Assembly: GCA_963851455.1 (NCBI GenBank) | Contig: CAWKPI010000004.1 | Span: forward strand, 391,425-455,424 | Source of the DNA: an uncultured Nitrospiraceae bacterium | GTDB lineage: Bacteria > Nitrospirota > Nitrospiria > Nitrospirales > Nitrospiraceae | Length of the DNA stretch: 64,000 nucleotides | Direction: 5' to 3' | Part shown: positions 43,820 to 54,999 of the stretch, piece after piece | Layout of the letters: the number at the start of each line of letters is the position of its first letter | Position numbering within the stretch: position 1 is the first letter of the stretch | Program-made: the position numbers and the translations under genes | The notes under the pieces: generated by a model | Told to the model about the DNA's origin: nothing | Seen by the model: the letters and a program-made list of their open reading frames with translations, nothing else | Database searches by the model: none

Positions 43820-44593
43820 ATCGAATTCGGCTCTCAAGCGGTGGGTTGGCGCTGGTATTTTTGGCCACCGGAGGGTGCACATCATGGGAATCGCCCGCGC
43901 CGATGTCGCAGCCGTATTTTGTGGTGGATCAGGGAGACGCGAAAACATTTCACGCATTGGGCAAAAAGCAGGACGCCGTCACCGCCAAGTGCACGGAGCA
44001 CAACTCCTGCGACCATGCATATTTTACCCGTGCGCTCATAGGGTTATACGAAAGCCGCGACATTGCGACCAAATACTTTGAAAAGGTGATTGCTCGTGGC
44101 TCCTAAGGGCCAGTTGGCCGCTTCCAGTAAACTGTGGCTTCAACAACTCCAGCAAAATCCAGCCCCAGTGGAACGCTCCTGGTTCTCTTCGGTCATGTCT
44201 GCCCCAGCAATATCTGAAAGCCAAGTGACGATGGGCCAAACATCCGATCGCCTGGTGCGGGACTTGCTTGATCGTGAGATGATGATCCAGCAGCTCCGTA
44301 CGAGTAAAGACGTCGACGCCCAAACCCTCGACCAACTCCAACGGGAATTAGCCGAACGCGAGCGCAAAGGCGACGCCTCCGGTGGGAAAAAAGATCCTTC
44401 CAAAGGCACAGGTGAGGGGACGACCCTCCAGGCGCTGCAACGACAATTGTCCGAGCGCGACAAGAAAATCGATGAGCTTTCGAGCCAGTTGGAGGCGCTG
44501 AAACGGATCGATCAGGAAATGCGTGAGAAAGTCCGTCCGATCCGTCCGCCATCCACCGTTGTGCCACCGACACCCGAGCCCACGAATCCATAA
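43816..44593 (+). CDS. Coiled-coil lipoprotein, QseG-like (indel)
   Basis: ATGA overlap; lipobox TGGC; QLEALKRID at the end of a coiled coil. Confidence 0.7.
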
Positions 44594-44611
44594 ACGATAA
44601 AGGATAGCGCC

Positions 44612-46034
44612 ATGGAACAAGAACACATTCTCGTAATCGACGACGAAGAGGGATTGTTGCAGCTGGTCAAGATGCGTCTGAACGCCATGGGATTTGCCGT
44701 CACGGCCTGCACGTCTGGACGGGATGCCGTTCACGCGGCAAAAACCAATCGATTCGATTTGGCCATCACCGATCTCCGTCTGCGTGGCGAAGACGGCTTG
44801 GACGTGACGGAGGAACTGCTGCGGATTCATCCCGGTCTGCCGGTCATTATCTTGACCGCACACGGGAGCATTCCCAATGCCGTTGAGGCCGTCCAGCGGG
44901 GCGCCTTCGGCTATCTCGACCAAGCCCTTCGACGACAAAGAGCTGAAAGCGAAGATCGAGGAAGGCCTTTCACCTCAACGGATGAGCCGCGAGATACAAC
45001 GCCTCAAGTCCCTCGTCAACGAGCTCTATGGAATGGAGAACGTCGTGGCACGGAGCCCGGCGATGCAGCGGCTCCTGCAGCAGGTCATCCAAGTGGCGGA
45101 TTCAGATGCCACGATGTCTGCTGTTCGGAGAAACTGGCACCGGCAAGGAAGTGTTTGCTCGTGTCACCCATGCCAATAGCCGGCGGAGCAAAGGTCCCTT
45201 TGTCGCCTTGAATTGCGCCGCCATTCCAGAAACCTTGTTTGAATCGGAACTCTTCGGCCACGTGCGCGGCGCGTTTACGAGCGCCCACGGACCTAAGAAA
45301 GGTCTGTTTCAAAGCGCCAACGGCGGCACGTTGTTCCTGGATGAAATCGGGGAGATGCCGCTCTCCATGCAGGTGAAACTGCTCCGCGCCGTGCAGGAGC
45401 GGGAAGTGCGGGAAGTCGGAGCGGAGAATCGCAACGAAAATCGACGTGCGCATTATCGCCGCGACGAATAAAGATCTCGGCGAAGCCGTCAAGAACGGCA
45501 GCTTCCGCAACGATCTGTATTACCGCATTTCGGTCGTACCGCTCTTCATTCCTCCATTGCGGGACCGCCGGGACGACATTCCGATCCTCGCGCAGCATTT
45601 TCTGGCAACAAGCTCAAAGCGAGCCAATAAGGACGTGCGGGGTTTTACCCCTGCCGCCTTGCATCGGCTGGTTACCAATCTTTGGCCGGGCAACGTTCGA
45701 GAGCTCGAAAATGCCATCGAGAAAGCGGTCGTGATGTCTAGACAAGACATGATTACACCGGATCTGCTTCCATCGATCGGGCACAGCGCCGGACTCGCCG
45801 CTCAAACCCCTGACCGAAGCAAAGGAAGAGTTTGAGAGGACCTACCTCAAGAATGTGCTGCAATTGACGGGCGGCAACATTTCACGCGCGGCACAATTTG
45901 CCGGACGCTATCGTGCCGACTTTTACAAGATGCTCAAGAAATACGGTCTCCATCCTTCCACGACAAAGGGCAAGCCCGAACCTGAGCTCGAAGATTTGGA
46001 GGAAGAAAACAATCTCACTGAGGCGGAGCGGTAG
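44612..46034 (+). CDS. Sigma54-dependent response regulator, GlrR/QseF-like (indels)
   Basis: [56 protein letters not shown]. Confidence 0.9.
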
Positions 46035-46287
46035 ACGCGTCCGCCTTCGTGTCTTCATCCCCAACACGCTCGCGGTTTACCCTGAACTAAAGATAATCCG
46101 AGCAAGCAAATGGAAGTAAATGGAGCTGCCGCGAGGAATGGCTAGCCGCTCGGGGAAACTGCACCCAATTGCACGGGTGATTCTCCCACCTAATGTAATG
46201 AGCTGAGAGATTCGCCGCGAATCGGTATCCCGCTTACTTCTAGCTGTATTGTATCTGTGTCTAAGAAGATGCATACTCGATCTCATC

Positions 46288-47525
46288 ATGAGGGGCGTTC
46301 ACGTCAGCTGCGCCAGGTTATCGCTACAACGAGCACCACGTTTAGGTCGAGTTCTTTCTCTATTCCTTGCGTTTTCAGCCTGTAGCGGCGGAGGCGATTC
46401 AAGTACGACGACGCCAACAAATCCTGCCCCGGTTCCTCCATCTTCCATTGCCGTACAACTGCAACTCGTCACATCAGCACTCAATGCTCCGGTGTTTATG
46501 ACGGCGCCTCCCGGAGACAGTACTCGCCTCTTTATTGTAGAGCAGGGTGGGACTGTTCGCATTTGGGATGTCACGAACAAGACCCTTCTCTCCACCCCCT
46601 TCCTGAATATCTCTGGTGCAATTACAAGCGGAGGGGAGCGAGGCTTGCTAGGAATGGCATTTGACCCGAACTATCAGGCAAACGGACGCTTCTACGTGTA
46701 CTACACCGATACAAACGGCGATATTGCGATTGCGCGCTACGTAACGAGTGCCACCGATCCCAATCAGGCCGATCCCAGTCAGGTGAGTGTTCTTCAGAAC
46801 ATTCCGCATCCAACTTTCTCGAATCACAACGGGGGTATGCTGGCGTTTGGACCGGATGGTTGTCTGTATGCGGGCGTGGGGGATGGCGGGAGTGGAGGCG
46901 ACCCCAACAATAACGCCCAAAACACCTCCGTGCGGCTCGGAAAAATACTGCGGCTCGATCCGAATACAGGCGGTGCCTGCGCCAACGGGATCAGTAATCC
47001 TTTTGTCCCTCCAGCTGGTGCGCCGGAGATTTGGAGTCTCGGCCTGCGGAATCCATGGCGCTTTTCATTCGATCGGCAGACCAACGATCTCTACATTGGC
47101 GATGTAGGGGAAGGTACCCGCGAAGAGGTCGATGTCGCGCTGGCGCCCAATGCGGGACGAGAGTCAAACTACGGCTGGCGATTGATGGAAGGGTTTCTGT
47201 GCTTTAATCCCTCGAGCAATTGTAACCAGGGCGGATTGACCTTGCCAGTTCTCGACTATCCCCACACGGATGGGGTTGTTCGATCATAGGCGGCTATGTC
47301 TATCGTGGCACGACAATACCTGCCCTCGCAGGCACGTATTTCTATGCGGATCTTTGTGCCGGCTTTGTCCGAAGTTTTCGACTAGAGAATGGGCAGTTGG
47401 CGGATCAGTTTGAATGGCCAAGCCTCAGTCCAGGGTCCTTCATTAGCAGCTTTGGTGAAGACGCGCAGGGGGAGCTGTACATCATAACGCTAGGAGGAGG
47501 TCTTTGGCGCTTTGCGCCCATGTGA
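46288..47525 (+). CDS. PQQ-dependent sugar dehydrogenase family lipoprotein (indel near 47280)
   Basis: Lipobox FSAC; ERGLLG, NHNGG, GDGG, GLRNPWR, SSFGED. Confidence 0.88.
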
Positions 47526-47881
47526 GCTGTGTTGGATTGTTCCAGGCTGATAAGGCAGGCACAAAGTGGAGAATCAGGTGATTCGGCCCTCCATCCTTAA
47601 GGTCTACCGCCTCATTTCACCTCCCTCAGTCTAAACAATATTTACATCATTTTTACCTCATCTTTTCCTCGGTGGATTGCAGCGAATCCATGTCCATATT
47701 AGGATGCCACTCGTGAACAATTACCCCTTACCGCAATTCAATTCAATAGACTGACTGAATGGATCCATTCCGATAGCCATCAATCAACCCAACATTCACC
47801 CGGGCTTCCTTACTCTCTGCTCCTCAAGCATGGATGTTCATATCGCCTTTCCACCTCTAACTATCACTTCAGGAGGGTCCA

Positions 47882-48397
47882 ATGCGCATCTCCCAAGAAG
47901 GATGCTTCCCACACATTCAATCGTTCTTAATAAGCGGGCTAGTGCTTGCAAGCGTGAGCGTATCTTTAACGGCGTTCGCGCTACAACCTACGCCCGAGAG
48001 CGTGACGCGTTTTACCGTTCTGACTGAATTCAACAACGAGGCCGTGAGGGATAATAAGACGGGACTCATATGGGAACGGTCGCCACGGCTCGATATGTAC
48101 GACTGGGAATGGGCGCACCAACGGTGTTTATCCAGCAACACCGGTGCTCGAAAAGACTGGCGGGTACCTACAGTCCAGGAACTCAATAGTTTGATTGATC
48201 CATCTTCGACGGAAATCAAACTCCCGGATGGCCATCCCTTTACGAATGTAGAGCCCGCCATCTATTGGTCGGCAACCAAGGCTCACAAAAATGCAACCTC
48301 CGCATTGTTTGTGAACTTTAGCAGTGGCGGGACAGCGACACTTGAAAAGTATATGTCTACTTTTGTGTGGTGTGTGCGCGATGGTGAGAAGGATTGA
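47882..48397 (+). CDS. DUF1566 (Lcl C-terminal) protein
   Basis: DNKTGLIWE, DWRVPTVQEL, YWSAT, VWCVR. Confidence 0.88.
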   Translation: MRISQEGCFPHIQSFLISGLVLASVSVSLTAFALQPTPESVTRFTVLTEFNNEAVRDNKTGLIWERSPRLDMYDWEWAHQRCLSSNTGARKDWRVPTVQELNSLIDPSSTEIKLPDGHPFTNVEPAIYWSATKAHKNATSALFVNFSSGGTATLEKYMSTFVWCVRDGEKD

Positions 48398-48716
48398 AGA
48401 TGAGGCGGTCGTACGTCGGTATCGTGCGACTCCGCGAGATCCGGACGGTCCCCCCATACATGTGGACTTCGATCCGTTGTGGCAGATCGCGTTCTCTGGT
48501 CCGAACAGCGTCAACGGGAAAAGCGTCATCGACACCCGCGTGTTTGGTCTACTTGGAAAATTTCTGTGACGCCTGTTTCCGTCGCTTCGGACGATAGACC
48601 GGCAGCGTCAGACGGTAAACGTTAGACGATAACAATTTTCAATAACTTATTGACGAAGGGTAAGGAAGGACCTAACGTGATTCCATGTGGCCGATCAGCC
48701 TGCTATAGGAGTGACA

Positions 48717-49349
48717 ATGTCAAACAATTCATCATCCGACTCTCGTGGCACTGTCAAAGCAATATTGATAACGTCGGTTCTTACACTGATTGGTGTATGT
48801 GTAACGACCTATGTCGCGCAAGATTTGCGAGATAAAAGCCACCGCGAGGAATTCCTGCGTGAGAAGCGTCTCCAATCATTTGGCGATATGATGGGGATTC
48901 GCGCCACGCTTTCCCAGTCGGCTGTGTCTCTGCAGGAGACTAAAATCAACCAAGCCTACCACCAGGCAAAATTTTCCTTAACACATGACAAGGTAAACCT
49001 CGATGAGGCCATGCGCTATGAACAGCGCAGTGAAATGCTGCTCCCTGAGATAACGAGAGATCGAAAGCGGCTATATGAACTGGTCGGATCAGTCGCTGTG
49101 CTTTTCCCAGATATTCCCTTAGACATATTTGCGAACCTGAGCCAAATTGGAATCCTCGAGCCTGCACCAAGCCCCAAAGGAATCGCGAAGGTTTCTGAGC
49201 TCGAAGTATGGCGAGTCAAACAGATTGACCTCGCTCGTGAGCATATCGATAAACAATTTCGTCCATCCGTTGGCCGGCTCATAAATCACATGGCGAAGAA
49301 CATGGGAGCAACGACGGAAGACCCGATTAGTGTAGCGGTTAATGATTGA
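48717..49349 (+). CDS. Single-TM hypothetical protein, accessory-like
   Basis: N-terminal TM then helical domain; AT-richer surroundings. Confidence 0.65.
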   Translation: MSNNSSSDSRGTVKAILITSVLTLIGVCVTTYVAQDLRDKSHREEFLREKRLQSFGDMMGIRATLSQSAVSLQETKINQAYHQAKFSLTHDKVNLDEAMRYEQRSEMLLPEITRDRKRLYELVGSVAVLFPDIPLDIFANLSQIGILEPAPSPKGIAKVSELEVWRVKQIDLAREHIDKQFRPSVGRLINHMAKNMGATTEDPISVAVND

Positions 49350-50053
49350 TTACCAAGCACCGCGTGCCAATCCAGCGCAATTCCGGATCGATCGCGCGAT
49401 CATCGATCAAGCGACCCTGACAATGGAAACAGGTCACAACGGATCACAATCAGATACCCGAAAACCCTCAAACCTTCACTTAAACGACCAACACCTCCTC
49501 TGAGCGTTAGGTAACCACCGATGCCCAGCAAATCAACAACACGGTATAGGTCTACAAAATATCACTACTAGGGCATGTGTGAGATGACATTAAAAAAAGG
49601 AGGAGCGGAGGCGGGTCTAGAGAGCTTGGGTTTGCATTGTGGAGGTCTTGGAAAGGCTTCAGGCTTCCCACCCACCGGTGGGCCTGCACACCGCCTTTGC
49701 GCGTGACCTCGATCCCTTGAGTGTTCCTCTCACCGAGGCCTCCGCTCACTTAGAGATAACGTTGTTTCGTCCTCGGTCAAGGAAGGAGACGGGGGTATGA
49801 CTCGCCAGGTTGGGGTTGATCTTTAACCAGATTCGTTGGAACGCTTGCTCGAACTTGTCAACGAGCGATTGGTTCTTAATAAAGATTTCTGGGCCAGCTT
49901 CGATGATGAGCGTAAATTGGGGAAGGCGCATCGTTGATCACGGGCAACCCACCGTTGGGACGGAGGCCCAACTGTAATGGCTATTGCCTGTAAGGTAAAG
50001 CCGGCAGCGGCTCTGTAAAGCCTCAAAGCGGTTGAAACGTCAGCGGAGTTTGC

Positions 50054-50097
50054 GGAGCTGGCGAGAGGAATTGAACCTCCAACCTGTGGTTTACAAA
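50054..50097 (-). repeat. att site: copy of the tRNA-Thr 3' half
   Basis: GGAGCTGGCGAGAGGAATTGAACCTCCAACCTGTGGTTTACAAA identical to 56130-56173. Confidence 0.95.
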
Positions 50098-50261
50098 CTC
50101 GATCCAACCAAATCTGACAGGACCCACGACGAGCTAACACAATCAAAACACGAAGAACCAGAAGAACCATCCTCATGATGGATCGAGATGGTTTGCCTTG
50201 TTCTGGTAGCAGAGCGGTAGCTGGAATAGGATGGTTCTTAAGACAACGAAGAAGCTCTGTG

Positions 50262-50404
50262 CCCGCTAATTAAGAGTCCCGCCAAAAACCTACCTCAGGA
50301 CACTCAGCAAGATCTATCACCAAGCAAAAGGAGAGAATTCGTGATGGCTCAAGTCAATCATGGATCATGGTGTGTCATGCTGTGTTGGCACCGGCTTGGC
50401 ACCA
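50262..50404 (+). repeat. Diverged ~140-bp repeat, copy 1, ending in a sigma54-like motif
   Basis: Shares ATTAAG-GTCCCG, ACCTACCTCAGGA, GCAAAAGG, ATTCGTGATGGC, GGTGTGTCA, TTGGCACC with 52865-53003. Confidence 0.85.
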
Positions 50405-50637
50405 ATTACAAATACTTTAAGCCTCTTCGATGCTCGCTGGGTGCCGAATCACCAGAAAGTCTTGATGCACCGGAATGCGGCCCACTTGCTTTCCAGACCA
50501 ACACACCGTGTCGGTAGACGTCGACCACTGCTGCTGAGTGTCGCCGAATGATAATGGTGATCTGCTCATTGATTCGCATCTCCGTTTCCGTGCTTGACAC
50601 TTTTGCCTTTCACCGGGCTGGCGGGCGGAATAGCAGG

Positions 50638-50865
50638 TTATGACCCCAGGGACTGGTCTCCGTGACGAGTGTTACATGACTCCGCCGCATCGGCTCTGTC
50701 CTTCGGGGCACCATACTTATTCGAGAGCTCCTGTATGTAATAGTCAACGAGGATTCCCTCATCGTCGGAGAATGGAGGTGAAGAAGGCATAGAGAGTAGA
50801 TGCTCGCAGGTACGAATAAACTCCTGCACTTCTTTGGATAGGATCAGCAAGGATATCTTTCTCAC
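50638..50865 (-). CDS. Small helical hypothetical protein
   Basis: 75-aa ORF; EVQEFIRTCEHLL...FSDDE. Confidence 0.5.
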   Translation of the reverse strand: MRKISLLILSKEVQEFIRTCEHLLSMPSSPPFSDDEGILVDYYIQELSNKYGAPKDRADAAESCNTRHGDQSLGS

Positions 50866-51214
50866 CGGTCAGCGGGCGAGCTTCGCCCAGGCTGCGAACG
50901 TATGCGTTAAAGGTTAACGTGGGGAAGCCATCATTTCCATGTCATCGGCTCTGTCAGGAGTTGCCGACATTAAATGAGTGGACTAGTAGCAATCTGGTCA
51001 AAATTGCTCACTTAGGGAAAAATGCCTCGGATATTCTGGATGCCAATTAAACTTTTTGCGCCTGAAGTGTAACGTTGTTGACAGACGGACGGGCGCGCGT
51101 TCTTGTAGCATGCGCTTTGCGCGGGGGACCGGCTCATGTGGGAGTGGATACCTCACCGAGTTCCGCGCATCGGCTTTTGATATAGTTGCGAACTGGTCTA
51201 TAGCCGCTTCCACA

Positions 51215-51938
51215 ATGGAGATAGTCTTGCGTAAGGGTGGGGTGGGCGACGTATCCGCCAATGGGCTGCTCGCGGCGTTACCAGGGGCAAGCAGGGAACG
51301 GCTCATCGCCAAAACGCAACTCGTCTCGCTTTCAGTGAAAGACATTCTGTATCACCCGGGGGACTCCATCACCGCGGTATATTTCCCGCTGACGTGTGTC
51401 ATTTCCATGATGATGGAGACGAAGAATGGAGCGACCATCGAAATTGCCACCGTGGGGAAGGAAGGTGTGCTTGGACTCGCCGCCTATTTGGGAATAGATG
51501 AGGCGGTAGCCCTTGGGATCACGCAGGTCTCCGGTGAAGCCCGGCGGATGAGCGTCAAAGATTTTAAAGAGGCGGCGAAGAGTGACGAACACTTCGACAC
51601 AATCCTGCGTCGCTACACCCACGCTCTTCTCATGCAAATCGCTCTTTCAGGGGGGTGCAACAGCTTACATTCAGTACAAGAGCGATATGCCCGATGGCTG
51701 CTCATGATGCATGGCCGAACGAATGTGGATGTGTTTGCCTTCACGCAGGAGTTCCTATCGAGAATGTTAGGCGTGAGCCGTGCCAGAGTGAACATTGTCA
51801 CGGGAGCGCTCGAAAAAGCCGGGCTAGATCAAGCACAATCGCAACCAGATCACCGTACTCGACTGGAAGGGACTTGAAGCGTCGTCCTGCGATTGCTATC
51901 GGGTCATCAAAGAAGAATTTGCGCGAGTACTGTTGTAG
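51215..51938 (+). CDS. Crp/Fnr family regulator with C-terminal CDCY (indel near 51828)
   Basis: NGLLAALP, VYFP, VGKEG, HSVQERYARWLL, TQEFLSRMLGVSR. Confidence 0.88.
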
Positions 51939-51999
51939 GCGTCCCTTTGGTGCACGGAGTGTCGTTTTCGCGCGAGGTGCGTTGATTTAGAGGAAGCCT

Positions 52000-52653
52000 A
52001 TGGCACGCACACGAACGCCGCCATTCAATTCCCAGACGTTCCTCAGCAAAGTCGGCAGAGGCAAAACGAGTCTGACGTCCCCCAAGAAACACACGATCTT
52101 TTCGCAAGGGGATGCGGCGGATGCCGTGTTCTATATCCAGGCGGGCAAGGTCAAGCTGACCGTGGTCTCGCAGCAGGGCAAAGAAGCCGTCGTCGCGATT
52201 CTGGAACAGGGCGGCCTTTTTTGGGGAATCCTGCCTCGCCGGACAGACTGTTCGGACGGCGACCGCGACCGCCGTGGAAGACTCCAGCCTCGTGCGCATC
52301 GACAAAGACGCCATGATCCGGTGCTGCACGAGGAGCCCGCGTTCGCCGAGCTGTTTATGTCCTATCTGCTGGCTCACACGATTCGCATCCAAGAGGATTT
52401 GGTGGATCAACTCTTTAATTCCAGCGAGAAGCGGCTCGCGCGGGTGCTGCTGTTGCTGGCCCATTTCGGGAAAGAAGGCAAGCCGGAGCCGGTGATTGCG
52501 AAGCTCAGTCAGGAAACGCTCGCCGAGATGATCGGCACCACGCGCTCCCGCGTCAGTTTCTTCATGAATAAGTTCCGCAAACTGGGCTTCATTGACTACA
52601 ACGGCGGGTTGCACGTGCACAGCTCCCTCCTCAATATCGTCCTCCACGACTAG
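52000..52653 (+). CDS. Crp/Fnr family regulator (compensating indels)
   Basis: IFSQGD, GKEAVVAIL, SSEKRLAR, SQETLAEMIGTTRSRV. Confidence 0.9.
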   Translation: MARTRTPPFNSQTFLSKVGRGKTSLTSPKKHTIFSQGDAADAVFYIQAGKVKLTVVSQQGKEAVVAILEQGGLFWGILPRRTDCSDGDRDRRGRLQPRAHRQRRHDPVLHEEPAFAELFMSYLLAHTIRIQEDLVDQLFNSSEKRLARVLLLLAHFGKEGKPEPVIAKLSQETLAEMIGTTRSRVSFFMNKFRKLGFIDYNGGLHVHSSLLNIVLHD

Positions 52654-52864
52654 ATTCCCATACGATCTGGACCCTCACGACCTGGGCGGGTCACCCATCT
52701 TTGGATTCTCGCTATGCCAACACGGCGGGTTTCGTAGTTCCCGAGAACGAGAGTTGCACAATCGCAGACCCAAAATAACACCGCGAAGTTACTAGCAGAA
52801 TAATCCTATTGTGGCTAATCTGTGGCTTGATTTCTGGCGTCGAAACCGACGAAAGATTTGCTGT

Positions 52865-53003
52865 CCGCTGATTAAGGGTCCCGACGAAGACCTACCTCAG
52901 GAAACCCAGCAGAACGAATCAGCAGCAAAAGGGGAAGATTCGTGATGGCACAGGTCATCCTGGCTCAGGGTGTGTCAGGGCGTTTGGCACCAGGTTCGCA
53001 CCA
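52865..53003 (+). repeat. Diverged ~140-bp repeat, copy 2
   Basis: Aligns by eye to 50262-50404; ends TTGGCACCAGGTTCGCA. Confidence 0.85.
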
Positions 53004-53052
53004 CAAGATTTGATGCGGAATACTGGGAAGGTTTAGGCGGAGAGGCAAACGG

Positions 53053-53604
53053 CTAGGAAAGGGGAACTATCGAGCCAGCCAACCGCAAATGCGTATGGGT
53101 TTGGTAGATTCCAGAGATTAGATCCGTATTCTGTTCATAGAGCGTATGGGGATAGCCGCAGAGAATTGAAACGCCATATTCGGTAGACAACACACCGCCA
53201 AGCTGTTCCAGCATGATCGCCGCTCGATGTAAGCCTTGAGAGCAAAGAATCGGAGCCATTTCCCCGAAAACGAATACACGACTTCCAGGCGTGACCTTCT
53301 TATGTATCTCTCCAAATACCTGTAGGAAGCGTGTTTTGTCTAGCCTGTCATCCGTCATGAACTGGAGCAAGAGTTCCACTGCATTAGCCAGAATGAGCTT
53401 GCCTTGGTCTAAGTGTTGCACTGACTCTTTCAACATGGTGCAGTGTGCTTCGGTTGCAATCACAATGACCGTTCCATTGGTCTGTTGCGCGTCCGTGACA
53501 AAGGAAGAAAGGGAACGGATCAAGAGTGTCTCATTGACATAGAACTGCACAGCGTGAAAACTGGACGGCCACTTGAGATGAGGACGATCTTCTATCATCA
53601 CCAT
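53053..53604 (-). CDS. Stand-alone MEDS-domain protein
   Basis: HAVQFY, VIATEAH, FGEM, LEQ, ILCGY, terminal H. Confidence 0.8.
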   Translation of the reverse strand: MVMIEDRPHLKWPSSFHAVQFYVNETLLIRSLSSFVTDAQQTNGTVIVIATEAHCTMLKESVQHLDQGKLILANAVELLLQFMTDDRLDKTRFLQVFGEIHKKVTPGSRVFVFGEMAPILCSQGLHRAAIMLEQLGGVLSTEYGVSILCGYPHTLYEQNTDLISGIYQTHTHLRLAGSIVPLS

Positions 53605-53668
53605 TCTTAGAACCGGCGTGACAGTCTCGACTCGCTGTGGGTGAGCACACCGTTCTCGCCAGCACAGA

Positions 53669-53698
53669 AGGGGAGGCCAATCTGGGAAGTCCTCCCCT
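53669..53698 (-). terminator. Hairpin, probable terminator
   Basis: AGGGGAGG...CCTCCCCT just after the 53716 stop. Confidence 0.45.
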
Positions 53699-53715
53699 CA
53701 CCCGTGAATAGGACG

Positions 53716-54063
53716 CTACTGCTTGGGCATTCGAGTCGCCTCATTGACCGGCGGCTCAATCTTGATTTGAGGCCCTTGAACCGTCGGCAGTTGACCGGCT
53801 CCCTGCGGCTTCACCAGCCTGGCATTATTGGGATCTACCAGCTTCTGGCTCGTGTGCGCATCCTCTGAAGCCGCTCCTGCTCTGAGGGATTGCTCAACAG
53901 TCATATTTTTTTGCCCGGTATCGTTGGCATATGCTCCGCCCGACGGATACCCGGGATGCTTCGGCAGCATCGACGGATTCGCGGCGGCAAAAGAGGCACT
54001 CCCTACCAAGACGAGCCCTGTCATCATCATTGTATAGAGTTTCACGGCCTGCACTCCTTTCAT
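53716..54063 (-). CDS. Small secreted protein
   Basis: Signal peptide (ASFAAA); ANPSMLPKHPGYP; GAGQLPTVQGP. Confidence 0.75.
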   Translation of the reverse strand: MKGVQAVKLYTMMMTGLVLVGSASFAAANPSMLPKHPGYPSGGAYANDTGQKNMTVEQSLRAGAASEDAHTSQKLVDPNNARLVKPQGAGQLPTVQGPQIKIEPPVNEATRMPKQ

Positions 54064-54197
54064 TCAAGACGCGACTACCTTCCGTCACCAAAGGACGCCG
54101 CCCACCAATATCCTCGAAACTGGTCCGAATGAGCGAGTTTACACGATCATCGGAACCCGCTCAGTCGGCTTTCGTAGGTCCCATCCATTTAGTAGGA

Positions 54198-54422
54198 CTA
54201 TTTCTTCTTTTCCGCGGCTTTCGCTGCCGACTTCTGATGCCATGTATCCGCCCACTTCATTAGCTCGCTCTTTTTATCGCCATACCGTTCCTGGACTTTG
54301 CCGATAAACTTCTCGTAGTTCCCTCCGATCTCCTGCCGGTCACTATGGGTAAACTCGCCCCACTTCTGTTTCAGTTCGCCTTTGAACTGCGTCCATTTCC
54401 CCTTGAGTTGATCAGCATTCAT
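54198..54422 (-). CDS. csbD: CsbD family stress protein
   Basis: GKWTQFKGELKQKWG...GKVQERYG; AGGAGG RBS. Confidence 0.9.
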   Translation of the reverse strand: MNADQLKGKWTQFKGELKQKWGEFTHSDRQEIGGNYEKFIGKVQERYGDKKSELMKWADTWHQKSAAKAAEKKK

Positions 54423-54484
54423 AGGTTCTTCCTCCTACCAGATCGTCACACCGGAAAACTGTCGAGCACTCCGGAATTCCTCGG

Positions 54485-54652
54485 TCACACAACCCGCGCG
54501 GTGCGCCCCGTGAACACATGGATCGCGACCAGGACGATCCCGATCAGGAACAGGATCCAGGAAATCTGGATCGCGACCGTGGACACCCCGGCGAGATTCA
54601 GGGCGCCGGCAATCAAGCCGACCACCAGGAACATCAGTGCGTAGTAGAGCAT
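54485..54652 (-). CDS. DUF1328 small membrane protein
   Basis: MLYYALMFLVVGLIAGAL...ISWILF; GAGGAG RBS. Confidence 0.85.
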   Translation of the reverse strand: MLYYALMFLVVGLIAGALNLAGVSTVAIQISWILFLIGIVLVAIHVFTGRTARVV

Positions 54653-54999
54653 GGCTAACTCCTCTCTATGGAATGTGGGGTCAGTCGAACAGTCCTCTGA
54701 AGCAGGGTGGGAGTCCTGGCCGCCTCCATCAGCAGACCATGACACCAGGGCATGCAGCCGTTCAGAGAAACTCTGGCATCGGAGCGGCGGAGACTGAGGA
54801 ATCGGTCACGCTGGGAAGAATCACGAAGCGCAAGAGATAGGACAGTCAGCGGAGCTTCACACCGGACAGCCTCACCCTGGGCGCAATGAGTACGGGAGTC
54901 AAGCAGTATAATGCGGGCCTGGACTTTCACCAAGAGGGGCTAAAGCAGCCTTGTTACACGCTTCCCGGACGATTCCCGTCTCAGGAGAAAGTTGGCTGA

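Noticed and set aside
36352-47525. Frameshifts in comM, clpB, kinase, regulator and PQQ dehydrogenase as recoding or phase variation
   Set aside because: Same scattered indel pattern with no slippery-site signals; most likely low assembly accuracy.
49823-50176. ORFs sharing CKPQVGGSIPLASS with 56121-56345
   Set aside because: The shared peptide is just the translated tRNA/att repeat.
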